Source: an uncultured Actinomycetota bacterium
GTDB taxonomy: Bacteria > Actinomycetota > Actinomycetes > JAFAQI01
Length of the DNA stretch: 64,000 bases
Direction: 5' to 3'
Assembly (NCBI GenBank): GCA_963770565.1
Contig: CAVYQE010000001.1
Location: 1,376,001-1,440,000, forward strand
Below, piece by piece: positions 19,967-29,606 of this stretch. The notes beneath the pieces are model-generated. The model was not told the origin of the DNA. It searched no databases and saw nothing but the letters and a program-made list of their open reading frames with translations. Both the position numbers and the translations under genes were made by a program. Each line of letters starts with the position of its first letter. Positions within the stretch are counted from its first letter, which is position 1.

Positions 19967-21778
19967 ATGAGCGTTCACCCTCGCACCGTCCTCGATGGCT
20001 TCCTGCGTACCGTCCGCCGCCAACCGGACGACGTGGCGATCTACGACCTCGAGGGCTTCGGTGTGGCCAGCCCGCAGCGGCTGACCTGGACCGACTACGC
20101 CGCACAGGTCGCGCAGGTGGCCGGCGGGCTTGCGTCCTTGGGTGTCGGGCCTGGGGACCGGGTCGTGTTGATGATGCCCAACCGGGTGGAGTTCCACGTC
20201 GCCGATCTCGCCGTCACCGCCCTCGGCGCGACGCCGATCTCGATCTACAACTCCTCCTCGCCCGAGCAGATCGCCTACCTGGTCGGCCACAGCAAAGCGT
20301 GCGTGGCGGTGGCCGCCGACGGCAGCTACATCGAGCGGATCCTCGCGGCGGCGGGCGACTGTCCCGGTCTCCGGTCGGTCGTCGTGGTCGGCGACGCGCC
20401 GCAGGGAACGGTCGCGTGGGCCGAGGTGTTCGCGGGAGCGTCGATCGACCTCGACCACGCAGAGACGACCCTCGACCCGTCGGATCTGCTGACGGTGATC
20501 TACACGTCGGGCACGACCGGCCCGCCCAAGGGCGTGATGCTCGACCACAAGAACGTGCTGGCCTCCTCGGCCGGGTTCTCCTACTACAGCGGCCGCGACT
20601 TCGACACCGGGTTGCGGTTGGTGTCGTACCTGCCGATGGCGCACATCGCCGAGCGGATGGTCAGCCATTACAACCACATGCTGCGCGGGTCGGAGGTCGT
20701 GCCGTGCGCGGACATGACTCAGCTGATGTCCTACCTGCCCGCGGTACGGCCCTCCGCGTTGTTCGGGCCGCCGCGGGTGTGGGAGAAGCTCGTCGCCGGC
20801 ATCGAGGCCAAGGTCGCGGCGCGCGGACCCGAGGCAGCGGCCGGCTTCGCCGACGCGATGCGGGTGGGCCGCCAGGTCCAGGAGCTCCGGGCCAGGGGCG
20901 AGGAACCGGCCGGCGAGCTCGCCGAAACGTGGAAGTTCGTCGACGAGGTCGCGTTCGCCCCGATCCGTACGGCGGTCGGCCTTGACCAGTGCGAGTACGT
21001 GTTCAGCGGCGCGGCGCCGATCCCGCCGGAGGTCATCGACTACCTGCGCGACATCGGACTGCCGATGAGCGAGATCTATGGCATGAGCGAGAACTGCGGG
21101 GGCATGACCTGGGAGCCGGTGCTGGTGAAAACGGGCCGGGTCGGCCGGTCCTACCCGGGAAACGAGGTCGTCACCGGACCCGACGGCGAAGTGCTGTGCC
21201 GGGGTCCGATCGTCTTCAGCGGCTATCTCGACGACCCCGACCGGACCGCCGAGGCACTGGATGCCGACGGCTGGCTGCACACCGGCGACATCGGGGAGTT
21301 CGACGACGACGGTTACCTGAAGATCGTCGACCGCAAGAAGGAGCTGATCATCACCGGCGGCGGCAAGAACGTCTCGCCGGCCAACGTCGAAGCCGTTCTG
21401 AAGACCGTGCCGCTGGTCGCGCAGGCAATGGCGGTCGGCGACGCCCGGCCTTACCTGGTCGCGCTGCTCACGCTGGATCCGGACGCCGTGAGCGTCCGCT
21501 ACCCAGGGAGATCGGTCGAGGACGTCGCGACCGACCCTGAGGCCCTCGCGGAGATTGCGCGCGAAGTGGCGGATGCGAGTGGCCGGCTCTCGCGGGTCGA
21601 GCAGCCGCGCCGGGTGCAGGTCCTCGGCGAGGAGTGGCTGCCGGACAGCGACGTGCTGACGCCGACGATGAAGCTCAAGCGGCGCGGAGTACTCGGCCGG
21701 TACGGCGAGCAGATCGAGGCGATGTACGCCGGTGGTGGCATCGAGATCAGCGCCGCCGCCGCGCCGGCATCGGTCTGA
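19967..21778 (+). CDS. Long-chain fatty-acid--CoA ligase (AMP-binding, FadD family)
   Basis: IYTSGTTGPPKGV, SYLPMAHIAER, YGMSE, WLHTGDIG, DRKKELIIT, LTPTMKLKR. Confidence 0.92.
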   Translation: MSVHPRTVLDGFLRTVRRQPDDVAIYDLEGFGVASPQRLTWTDYAAQVAQVAGGLASLGVGPGDRVVLMMPNRVEFHVADLAVTALGATPISIYNSSSPEQIAYLVGHSKACVAVAADGSYIERILAAAGDCPGLRSVVVVGDAPQGTVAWAEVFAGASIDLDHAETTLDPSDLLTVIYTSGTTGPPKGVMLDHKNVLASSAGFSYYSGRDFDTGLRLVSYLPMAHIAERMVSHYNHMLRGSEVVPCADMTQLMSYLPAVRPSALFGPPRVWEKLVAGIEAKVAARGPEAAAGFADAMRVGRQVQELRARGEEPAGELAETWKFVDEVAFAPIRTAVGLDQCEYVFSGAAPIPPEVIDYLRDIGLPMSEIYGMSENCGGMTWEPVLVKTGRVGRSYPGNEVVTGPDGEVLCRGPIVFSGYLDDPDRTAEALDADGWLHTGDIGEFDDDGYLKIVDRKKELIITGGGKNVSPANVEAVLKTVPLVAQAMAVGDARPYLVALLTLDPDAVSVRYPGRSVEDVATDPEALAEIAREVADASGRLSRVEQPRRVQVLGEEWLPDSDVLTPTMKLKRRGVLGRYGEQIEAMYAGGGIEISAAAAPASV

Positions 21779-21808
21779 GACCGAGCGTGCCGACGTAGCC
21801 TTGCCCTG

Positions 21809-23341
21809 ATGTTCGAAACCCTCTCCAGCCGGCTCGAGTCGGCGTTCGCGTCGCTGCGGGGCAAAGGCCGGCTCTCCGACGCCGACATCGACGCCACCGC
21901 GCGCGAGATCCGGATCGCCCTGCTCGAGGCCGACGTGGCACTGCCGGCGGTGCGGGAGTTCGTCGCGGCGGTCAAGGAGCGTGCGCACGGCGCGCAGGTC
22001 AGCCGCGCGCTTAACCCGGCCCAGCAGGTCATCAAGATCGTCAACGACGAGCTCGTCGAGATCCTCGGTGGCGAGACCCGCACGCTCACCCTCGCCAAGC
22101 ATCCGCCGACCGTGATCATGTTGGCCGGCCTGCAGGGCACCGGAAAGACCACGCTGGCGGGAAAGCTGGGTCGCTGGCTCAAGAACCAGCGGCATGCGCC
22201 CCTGCTCGTCGCGGCCGACCTCCAACGTCCGAACGCGGTCCAGCAGCTGCAGGTGGTCGGCGGCCAGGCCGGCGTGGACGTGTTCGCCCCCGAGCCCGGC
22301 AACGGGGTCGGCGATCCGGTCGCGGTCGCCAGGGCGGCCATCGAGCACGCGAAGCGGCTCGGGCACGACGTCGTCGTCGTCGACACCGCTGGCCGGCTCG
22401 GCCTCGACGCCGAGCTGATGGCGCAGGCCGCGGCGATCCGCGATGCGGTCCAGCCCGACGAGATCCTGTTCGTGGTCGACGCGATGATCGGCCAGGACGC
22501 CGTGACGACCGCCGAGGCGTTCCGCGACGGGGTCGGGTTCACCGGCGTGGTCCTGACCAAGCTCGACGGCGATGCCCGCGGCGGTGCCGCGCTCTCCGTT
22601 GCGAACGTCACGGGGCGGCCGATTCTGTTTGCCTCCACCGGGGAGAAGCTCGACGACTTCGACGTCTTCCACCCGGAGCGGATGGCGTCGCGCATTCTCG
22701 GCATGGGCGACATGCTGACCTTGATCGAGCAGGCCGAGCGGACGTTCGAAGCCGACGAGACCGCTCGGATGGCCGAGCGGATGCTCGGCGGCGACGGCGA
22801 GCTGACCCTCGAGGACTTCCTCGAGCAGATGCTGATGGTCAAGCGGATGGGGCCGATCGGCAACATCCTCGGGATGCTGCCCGGCATGGGTCAGATGAAG
22901 GACGCGATCGCGCAGATCGACGACCGCGATCTGGACCGGGTGGCCGCGATCATCCGCTCGATGACCCCGGCCGAGCGGCAGGACCCGAAGATCCTCAACG
23001 GCTCCCGCCGGGTACGAATTGCCCGCGGTGCCGGCGTCACCGTCAACGACGTCAACCAGCTCGTGAACCGCTTCGCCGACGCCCGCAAGATGATGAAGCA
23101 GGTCACCGGCGGGATGGCCGGTCCGGGCATGCGGCGCGCGACCAAGAAGGGCAAGAAGGGCAAGGGATCCTCGGCTCGATCCGGTCAGGGTGGCCGGTCG
23201 GGGCAGGGCGGCCGGATGCCGATGCGACCGGGTGCACCGGGGCTGTCCGGACTGAACCTCCCGCCCGGGATGTCGCTTCCGCCCGGATTGGCGCCGGATT
23301 TGTCCAACCTCAAGCTGCCGGGCGGCCCGGAGCCGACGTAG
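21809..23341 (+). CDS. ffh: Signal recognition particle protein
   Basis: GLQGTGKTT, DTAGR, TKLDGDARGG, RILGMGD, SMTPAER M-domain. Confidence 0.98.
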   Translation: MFETLSSRLESAFASLRGKGRLSDADIDATAREIRIALLEADVALPAVREFVAAVKERAHGAQVSRALNPAQQVIKIVNDELVEILGGETRTLTLAKHPPTVIMLAGLQGTGKTTLAGKLGRWLKNQRHAPLLVAADLQRPNAVQQLQVVGGQAGVDVFAPEPGNGVGDPVAVARAAIEHAKRLGHDVVVVDTAGRLGLDAELMAQAAAIRDAVQPDEILFVVDAMIGQDAVTTAEAFRDGVGFTGVVLTKLDGDARGGAALSVANVTGRPILFASTGEKLDDFDVFHPERMASRILGMGDMLTLIEQAERTFEADETARMAERMLGGDGELTLEDFLEQMLMVKRMGPIGNILGMLPGMGQMKDAIAQIDDRDLDRVAAIIRSMTPAERQDPKILNGSRRVRIARGAGVTVNDVNQLVNRFADARKMMKQVTGGMAGPGMRRATKKGKKGKGSSARSGQGGRSGQGGRMPMRPGAPGLSGLNLPPGMSLPPGLAPDLSNLKLPGGPEPT

Positions 23342-23384
23342 CGGCGTACTGAAGTGCCGGCTCCGACCGGCCGATGCAGCCAAG

Positions 23385-23765
23385 GTGGAGTCCTGCTACG
23401 CCTGCGGCGCGTCGCTGAGCGAAGCCGCGCAGTGGTGCGGGCAGTGCTATGCCCCGCGCGGACGGGCCGCGAACGCACCGTCACCCACGATGACGGCGAC
23501 GATGGCGCCGACCCGGCCGATGCCGGCGAAGGCAACCCTGCCCCCGCAGGTGGTCAAGACCCGGTGGCGCAAGACCCAGACCACGTTCGGTCCGATCGGC
23601 CGGGTGCTGTGCACGCTCGGGCTGGTCATCGTGTTCATCGTGCTGGTGGTCGCCGCCATCCTCACCGGTGGCTTGGGCGTGTTCGGCGCCTGCTTGTGGG
23701 GCTTCGTGGTGATGCCCTGGGCATTGCGCGACGTGTGGCGGGCCGGAGCGCTGCCGGTCAGCTAG
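23385..23765 (+). CDS. Hypothetical membrane protein with N-terminal zinc ribbon
   Basis: CYACG...WCGQC followed by two hydrophobic helices. Confidence 0.65.
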   Translation: MESCYACGASLSEAAQWCGQCYAPRGRAANAPSPTMTATMAPTRPMPAKATLPPQVVKTRWRKTQTTFGPIGRVLCTLGLVIVFIVLVVAAILTGGLGVFGACLWGFVVMPWALRDVWRAGALPVS

Positions 23766-23774
23766 AGCCGTCGT

Positions 23775-23797
23775 CCCGCCCGCTGGGCGGGTTCCTC
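23775..23797 (+). terminator. Possible intrinsic terminator hairpin
   Basis: CCCGCCC-GCT-GGGCGGG stem-loop followed by TTCCTC after the 23385 gene. Confidence 0.3.
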
Positions 23798-23893
23798 TGG
23801 CAGAATGGCCGGGAGCACTCGGCAGACCAGGCGCGCCAGGCCGGCTTCAGCACGAAGCGTACGTCGCGCACATATTTGGGAGAGCAACACTTC

Positions 23894-24514
23894 GTGGCAA
23901 CCAAGATCCGACTCATGCGCCTCGGCAAGATCCGCGCACCGTACTACCGAATCGTCGTCGCCGACGCACGCACCAAGCGTGAGGGTCGCGTGATCGAGAC
24001 GATCGGCAAGTACCACCCGAAGCAGGACCCCTCGCTGATCGAGGTCGACTCCGAGCGGGCCCGCTACTGGTTGTCGGTCGGTGCCCAGCCGACCGAGCCG
24101 GTGGCCGCGATCCTGAAGCTGACCGGCGACTGGCAGGCCCATCACGGCCAGCCGGCACCCGAGCACGGCGTCCGCACCGCGGCCCCGCGCGAGGACCGCA
24201 AGGCGATCTTCGACGCGGCCGCGAAGGAAACCCTCGAGGCCGCCGAGAAGCCGGCCAAGAAGACCGCGGCGAAGAAGGCCGCGCCGGCAAAGAAGGCCGC
24301 CGCGCCGGCAGAGCCGGCTGAGGAAGCCGCCGCGCCGGCTGCGGAAGCCGCGCCAGCCGCGGAAGAGGCGCCGGCTGCGGAAGAGGCGCCGGCTGCGGAA
24401 GCCGCACCTGCCGCGGAGGAAGCCGCGCCCGCTGCGGAGGACGCCGCGCCCGCTGCGGAAGAGGCGCCGGCTGCGGAGGAAGCGCCGGCCGCTGAAGCGG
24501 AAGCCGCAGAATAG
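23894..24514 (+). CDS. rpsP: 30S ribosomal protein S16 with long Ala/Glu/Pro tail
   Basis: [49 protein letters not shown]. Confidence 0.97.
   Translation: MATKIRLMRLGKIRAPYYRIVVADARTKREGRVIETIGKYHPKQDPSLIEVDSERARYWLSVGAQPTEPVAAILKLTGDWQAHHGQPAPEHGVRTAAPREDRKAIFDAAAKETLEAAEKPAKKTAAKKAAPAKKAAAPAEPAEEAAAPAAEAAPAAEEAPAAEEAPAAEAAPAAEEAAPAAEDAAPAAEEAPAAEEAPAAEAEAAE
24320..24511 (+). repeat. Imperfect in-frame 18-21 nt tandem repeats encoding (A)APAAEE in the S16 tail
   Basis: Units such as GCGGAAGAGGCGCCGGCT recur in tandem. Confidence 0.85.
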
Positions 24515-24753
24515 TGCTCGAGGACGCGCTGGAGCACCTGGTGCGTGGGATCGTCGATCATCCCGATGACGTCACGGTCGACCTGATCGAGCGCCGGCAG
24601 GGCCGGGTGCTCGAGGTCCGGGTCCACCCTGACGATCTCGGCAAGGTGATCGGGCGGGCCGGCCGAACCGCCAAGGCGCTGCGTACGGTGATGACCGCGC
24701 TCGGCGGTCGGGGGATTCGGGTCGACCTGGTGGACGTCGACCGCGGCCGGTAG
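24514..24753 (+). CDS. khpA: KH-domain RNA-binding protein
   Basis: DLGKVIGRAGRTAKALR GxxG KH motif; rpsP-rimM context. Confidence 0.93.
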   Translation: MLEDALEHLVRGIVDHPDDVTVDLIERRQGRVLEVRVHPDDLGKVIGRAGRTAKALRTVMTALGGRGIRVDLVDVDRGR

Positions 24754-24757
24754 TCCG

Positions 24758-25267
24758 GTGCAGCTCGTCGTCGGGCGGATCGCGAAGGCACACGGCATCG
24801 GTGGCGAGGTTTCGGTCGACGTCCGCACCGACGACCCGGACCACCGCTTCGCCGACGGCGCGAAGCTCGACACCGAACCGGCCGATCGCGGGCCGCTCGT
24901 CGTACAAGCCACCCGCTGGCATTCCGGCCGGCTGCTGGTCCGCTTCGCCGGTGTCGGCGATCGCAGCGCCGCTGAGGCCCTGCGCGGCGCCCTGCTGGTG
25001 GCCGACTCCGCGACCAGCGCCGCCTCAGCGGACGACGACGAGTTCTGGGACCACGACCTGATCGGCCTCGACGCGGTCGGCGCGGACCAGGCGCTGATCG
25101 GCCAGGTCGCCGACGTCTTGCACCCGCCGGGGTCGGACCTGCTGGTGATCCGCCGGCCGGACGGAACCGAAGCGCTCGTGCCGTTCGTCGCCGCGATGGT
25201 GCCGGCCGTGCAGCTGGCCGCCCGCCGGATCGTCATCACGCCCCCGCCGGGACTGTTGGAGCTGTGA
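24758..25267 (+). CDS. rimM: Ribosome maturation factor RimM
   Basis: VGRIAKAHGIGGEV, EFWDHDLIGL, LVPFV. Confidence 0.95.
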   Translation: MQLVVGRIAKAHGIGGEVSVDVRTDDPDHRFADGAKLDTEPADRGPLVVQATRWHSGRLLVRFAGVGDRSAAEALRGALLVADSATSAASADDDEFWDHDLIGLDAVGADQALIGQVADVLHPPGSDLLVIRRPDGTEALVPFVAAMVPAVQLAARRIVITPPPGLLEL

Positions 25268-25962
25268 TGCGGATCGACGTCATCACGATCTTTCCGGACT
25301 ACTTCGCCCCGCTCGATGTCTCGCTGCTCGGAAAGGCACGCTCCGGCGGCTTGCTCGACGTACGGGTGCACAACCTGCGTGACCACACCGACGACGTGCA
25401 TCGAAGCGTCGACGACTCGCCGTACGGCGGCGGGCCGGGGATGCTGATGCGACCGGAGCCTTGGGGGAGAGCGATCGACGCGGTGGTCGCGGACTCGTCC
25501 GGACCGCCGTCGCTGCTGGTCGTGCCGACCCCCTCCGGCCGGCGCTTCACCCAGGCGGACGCGCTGGCCTGGAGCGAGCTGCCCGGCCTGGTCGTGGCCT
25601 GTGGTCGCTACGAGGGCATCGACGCCCGCGTGGTGGCCGACGCCGAGACCCGGATGCCGGTCGCGGAGGTGTCGATCGGCGACTACGTGCTGGCCGGCGG
25701 CGAGGCGGCGGCTCTGGTCATCATCGAAACCGTCGCGAGGCTGTTGCCGGGGTTCATGGGCAACGCCGCGTCGCCGCTCGACGACTCGTTCTCCGCCCAT
25801 CCGGGCCGGCTCGAGGCGCCGTCCTACACCCGGCCGCCGGTCTGGCGCGGTCTCGGGGTGCCCGACGTCCTGCTCTCCGGTGACCACGCCGCGATCGCGC
25901 GCTGGCGCGCGGCCGAATCGCTGCGGCGGACCCGCGATCGACGACCCGACCTGGCCGACTGA
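25267..25962 (+). CDS. trmD: tRNA (guanine37-N1)-methyltransferase
   Basis: [43 protein letters not shown]. Confidence 0.97.
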   Translation: MRIDVITIFPDYFAPLDVSLLGKARSGGLLDVRVHNLRDHTDDVHRSVDDSPYGGGPGMLMRPEPWGRAIDAVVADSSGPPSLLVVPTPSGRRFTQADALAWSELPGLVVACGRYEGIDARVVADAETRMPVAEVSIGDYVLAGGEAAALVIIETVARLLPGFMGNAASPLDDSFSAHPGRLEAPSYTRPPVWRGLGVPDVLLSGDHAAIARWRAAESLRRTRDRRPDLAD

Positions 25963-26084
25963 GATGCCCGGCCGGCGCCGATCGCCGATTACCCCCTCCC
26001 GGGCCGGTTGTGGCACAGTGGAGGGCACCGCCTGACCTGCTGCGCTGCGTTTCGGCGCGCCCGCGAACCAAGGAATCGACGACC

Positions 26085-26444
26085 ATGCAGACGCTCGACT
26101 CGATCGATGCGGCATCGCTGCGCAGCGACATCCCGGCGTTTCGCCCCGGCGACACCGTCAAGGTGCACGTCAAGGTGGTCGAGGGCACCCGCAGCCGGGT
26201 GCAGGTCTTCCAGGGCGTGGTCATCCGCCGTCACGGCGGCGGCGTACGCGAGACCTTCACGGTCCGCAAGGTGAGCTTCGGCGTCGGGGTCGAGCGGACC
26301 TTCCCGGTACATTCACCGGTCGTCGACCACCTCGAAGTCGTGATGCGTGGCGACGTACGACGGGCCAAGCTCTACTACCTGCGCGACCTGCGCGGCAAGA
26401 AGGCGAAGATCAAGGAGAAGCGCGACGCGGTTCCCAGCCGCTGA
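26085..26444 (+). CDS. rplS: 50S ribosomal protein L19
   Basis: [44 protein letters not shown]. Confidence 0.98.
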   Translation: MQTLDSIDAASLRSDIPAFRPGDTVKVHVKVVEGTRSRVQVFQGVVIRRHGGGVRETFTVRKVSFGVGVERTFPVHSPVVDHLEVVMRGDVRRAKLYYLRDLRGKKAKIKEKRDAVPSR

Positions 26445-26470
26445 CCTCCCTGCATCGCCCCGCCGTTGCC

Positions 26471-27235
26471 ATGAGTGAGAGCGTCGATGAGACGGTGGTG
26501 CTCCCGGGCAAGCATCGCGCCCCGTCGTCCGGCCGCTCCTTCTGGCGCGAGCTCCCGGTCCTCGTCATCGTGGCCCTCGTTCTGGCCCTGTTGATCAAGA
26601 CCTTTCTCGTGCAGGCGTTCTACATCCCGTCCGCGTCGATGGAGGACACCTTGCAGGGCGGGCCGGAGTTTCCCGGTGGCCCGACCGCCGGCCATCCCTA
26701 CGACCGGGTGCTGGTCAACAAGCTGGTCTATGACTTCCGCAGCCCGCGTCGCGGCGAGGTCATCGTGTTCAAGAAGCCGCCGGGGTGGCCCAACGAGTCG
26801 ACCATCACGACGCCGAGCAACCCGATCGCCAGGTTCTTCCACGAGATCGCATCGGCGATCGGCATCGCCCCGTCCGGCGGCAGCGACTTCATCAAGCGGG
26901 TCATCGGGGTGGCCGGCGACCACGTTGCCTGCTGCAACGCGAACAACCAGATCACCGTCAACGGGCATGCGCTGACCGAGCCCTACATCGACCTGACCAC
27001 CGCCGATCCGGGCCAGCACGCAGCGGCGTACCAGCCGTTCCACATCACCGTGCCGGCCGGCGACCTGTTCGTGATGGGCGACCACCGGGACGACTCCGAC
27101 GACTCGCGGATCAACGGCCCGGTTCCGGTGAGCGACGTGATCGGGCGGGCGTTCGTGGTGATCTGGCCGCACTCCGACTGGAAGACCTTGCCGGTGCCTG
27201 AGACCTTCGACCAACCCGGTCTGAAGGGCGGCTGA
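26471..27235 (+). CDS. lepB: Signal peptidase I (copy 1)
   Basis: IPSASMEDTL (Ser), FIKRVIG (Lys), MGDHRDDSDDSR. Confidence 0.95.
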   Translation: MSESVDETVVLPGKHRAPSSGRSFWRELPVLVIVALVLALLIKTFLVQAFYIPSASMEDTLQGGPEFPGGPTAGHPYDRVLVNKLVYDFRSPRRGEVIVFKKPPGWPNESTITTPSNPIARFFHEIASAIGIAPSGGSDFIKRVIGVAGDHVACCNANNQITVNGHALTEPYIDLTTADPGQHAAAYQPFHITVPAGDLFVMGDHRDDSDDSRINGPVPVSDVIGRAFVVIWPHSDWKTLPVPETFDQPGLKGG

Positions 27236-27271
27236 TAGTCCGGGCGGGGCTGGCCACGTACGCTTCCACAG

Positions 27272-28132
27272 ATGCCTGACGCCGACCACGTTGACGCCAA
27301 GGCACGCCCGAAGGGCACGCCGCTCTGGCAGGAGTTCCCGGTGCTCCTGGTCATCGCGCTCGTGCTGGCGCTCGTGATCAAGACCTTCCTGGTGCAGGCG
27401 TTCTACATCCCGTCCGCGTCGATGGAGAACACCCTTCAGGGCGGCAACCCGACCGGTGCACCCGGGACCAGCGCGGGTCATCCCTACGACCGGGTGCTGG
27501 TCAACAAGCTCGCCTACGACTTCTCCTCGCCGCGACGCGGCGACATCGTGGTGTTCAAAGGCCCGCCGAGCTGGCCGGACGAGTCGGAGTTCACCACGCC
27601 GAGCAACCCGATCGAGCGGGTGCTGCACGACATCGGTGCGGCGATCGGGCTGGCGCCGTCGACGAGCAGCGACTTCGTTAAGCGGGTCATCGGTGTCGGT
27701 GGCGACACGATCACCTGCAAGCACGACGTGCTCGCGGTCAACGGGCATCCACTGTCCGAGCCGTATCTGTATCCCCACTCGCATCCCTGCTCCTCGGACC
27801 AGTTCGCGGGCAAGACCGTCCATGTCGGCGCCGGCCAGATCTTCGTCATGGGTGACCACCGCGACAACTCGGAGGACTCCCGGGTCAACGGCCCGGTCCC
27901 GGTCAGCGACGTGATCGGCCGGGCGTTCGTGGTGATCTGGCCGATCTCGCAGTGGAAGACCCTGCCGGTGCCGGCCACCTTCAGCCAGCCCGGGCTCGCG
28001 GCCGCGAGCACTCACACCGGCTGGCTGGTGCTCGCCCTCGTCCTCGTGGCGATCGCGGTCGTCATCGCGCTGATCGCGGTGGTGCGCCGACGTCGCCGGG
28101 CCCCGCCGACGTACGCTGCCGGGGATGGCTGA
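27272..28132 (+). CDS. lepB: Signal peptidase I (copy 2, extra C-terminal TM helix)
   Basis: [29 protein letters not shown], then hydrophobic helix and RRRRR. Confidence 0.94.
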   Translation: MPDADHVDAKARPKGTPLWQEFPVLLVIALVLALVIKTFLVQAFYIPSASMENTLQGGNPTGAPGTSAGHPYDRVLVNKLAYDFSSPRRGDIVVFKGPPSWPDESEFTTPSNPIERVLHDIGAAIGLAPSTSSDFVKRVIGVGGDTITCKHDVLAVNGHPLSEPYLYPHSHPCSSDQFAGKTVHVGAGQIFVMGDHRDNSEDSRVNGPVPVSDVIGRAFVVIWPISQWKTLPVPATFSQPGLAAASTHTGWLVLALVLVAIAVVIALIAVVRRRRRAPPTYAAGDG

Positions 28133-28838
28133 GCCGGCTCCGCGCGCTGACGTGCTGACCCGCACGACGGTACGTCGTGACGCGGGCCTGTACGGCTACG
28201 AGCGCGCCCTCGCCCGGCGCGGGCTGACCCCGGTGGCAGGCGTCGACGAGGCCGGTCGCGGTGCCTGCGCGGGACCGCTCGTGGTCGCGGCCGCGGTGCT
28301 GCCGCCCGGCAAGCGCGGCGAGGTGCCCGGGCTGGCCGACTCGAAGCTGCTGACCCCACTGGCCCGGGAGCGGGTCTACGCCCAGATCATCCGGCGGGCG
28401 GCTTCGTGGTCGGCGATCGTCATCCCGCCCCAGGAGGTCGACCGGATCGGGCTGCACGTGGCGAACGTCCTGGGCATGCGCCGCGCACTCGCTCAGCTGA
28501 CGGTGACCCCGGCGTATGCACTGACCGACGGGTTCCCGGTGCCGGGGCTCGACGTACCAGGCCTTGCGGTGTGGAAGGGCGACCGGGTGGCGGCCTGCAT
28601 CGCGGCCGCTTCAGTGGTGGCCAAGGTCACCCGGGACCGGCTGATGGTGGCGCTGCACGAACACTGGCCGGTGTATGACTTCGCGACCCACAAGGGCTAT
28701 TGCACGGCTGACCATCAGGCCGCGCTGGACGAGCATGGGCCGTGTCCGGAGCACCGCCGCTCGTATGTCAACGTTCGAGCCGCCGAATCGGCCGCAGCCG
28801 CCGATCGGGATCTCGAGGAATGGGGGCTGATCTCGTGA
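28125..28838 (+). CDS. rnhB: Ribonuclease HII
   Basis: [39 protein letters not shown]. Confidence 0.96.
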   Translation: MAEPAPRADVLTRTTVRRDAGLYGYERALARRGLTPVAGVDEAGRGACAGPLVVAAAVLPPGKRGEVPGLADSKLLTPLARERVYAQIIRRAASWSAIVIPPQEVDRIGLHVANVLGMRRALAQLTVTPAYALTDGFPVPGLDVPGLAVWKGDRVAACIAAASVVAKVTRDRLMVALHEHWPVYDFATHKGYCTADHQAALDEHGPCPEHRRSYVNVRAAESAAAADRDLEEWGLIS

Positions 28839-29146
28839 GCGCCGAGGATCTCGAGAAGTACGAGACCGACATGGAGCTTCAGCTGTATCGGGAGTATCGC
28901 GACGTCGTTCGGCTGTTCAGCTACGTCGTCGAGACCGAGCGGCGCTTCTACCTCACCAACGACGTCGAGCTGATCCAGCACACCGAGGGCGGCGAGACCT
29001 ACTTCGAGGCGATCATGCAGGACGCCTGGGTCTGGGACATGTATCGCCCGGCCCGCTTCGTGAAGAACGTCCGGGTGCTGACGTTCAAGGACGTCAACAT
29101 CGAGGAGCTGCCGAAGTCCGACCTCGAGGTCCCCGAAGGCCACTAG
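28835..29146 (+). CDS. DUF2469 family protein
   Basis: [22 protein letters not shown]...[15 protein letters not shown], highly conserved actinobacterial protein. Confidence 0.93.
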   Translation: MSAEDLEKYETDMELQLYREYRDVVRLFSYVVETERRFYLTNDVELIQHTEGGETYFEAIMQDAWVWDMYRPARFVKNVRVLTFKDVNIEELPKSDLEVPEGH

Positions 29147-29155
29147 CGACACCTG

Positions 29156-29193
29156 GTCCACAGCCGCCGCTCGTTCGCCCGCCGTCCACAACC
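29156..29193 (+). promoter_or_regulatory. Direct-repeat motif GTCCACA(G/A)CC upstream of yraN-comM-dprA
   Basis: GTCCACAGCC at 29156 and GTCCACAACC at 29184; same motif twice upstream of the M23 gene. Confidence 0.5.
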
Positions 29194-29252
29194 ACCGACT
29201 GCCGGCCCACTGCACCTGCCCGCTGACCGATGGTGGTCGCGGAGGTGGTCAC

Positions 29253-29606
29253 ATGCTCGCCAAGGATTCGGTGGGGAAGCACGGCGAGGATCTCGCGGCC
29301 CGGCATTTCGTCGGGGCCGGCATGGTCGTGCTCGCGCGCAACTGGCGCTGCCCGGTGGGCGAGATCGACATCGTCGCTCGCGACGGCTCGGCGCTGGTGA
29401 TCGCCGAGGTCAAGACCCGGACGTCGACCGCCTTCGGCCGGCCGGTGGAGGCGGTCACCGAGCGCAAGGCGGACAAGCTCCGCGAGCTCGCCCTGATGTG
29501 GCTGCGCGAGCATCCGCACCGCGGCGCGGTCCGCTTCGATGTCGTCGGGGTGTTGCTGCCGAAGTCGGGCTCGGCCCAGCTCGAGCACCTGCGCGGGGTG
29601 CTCTAG
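29253..29606 (+). CDS. YraN/UPF0102 family putative nuclease
   Basis: GKHGEDLA, RNWRCPVGEIDIVA, EVKTR, VRFDVV. Confidence 0.93.
   Translation: MLAKDSVGKHGEDLAARHFVGAGMVVLARNWRCPVGEIDIVARDGSALVIAEVKTRTSTAFGRPVEAVTERKADKLRELALMWLREHPHRGAVRFDVVGVLLPKSGSAQLEHLRGVL

Noticed and set aside
19934-23383. Very long antisense ORFs (1149 aa here; also 5017..7239, 24142..26115 and 26375..28165)
   Set aside because: They shadow well-recognised genes on the other strand; high GC3 suppresses stop codons and the translations show no motifs
24320-24511. Tandem repeats as a possible CRISPR array
   Set aside because: No spacers, in frame within rpsP, and no cas genes
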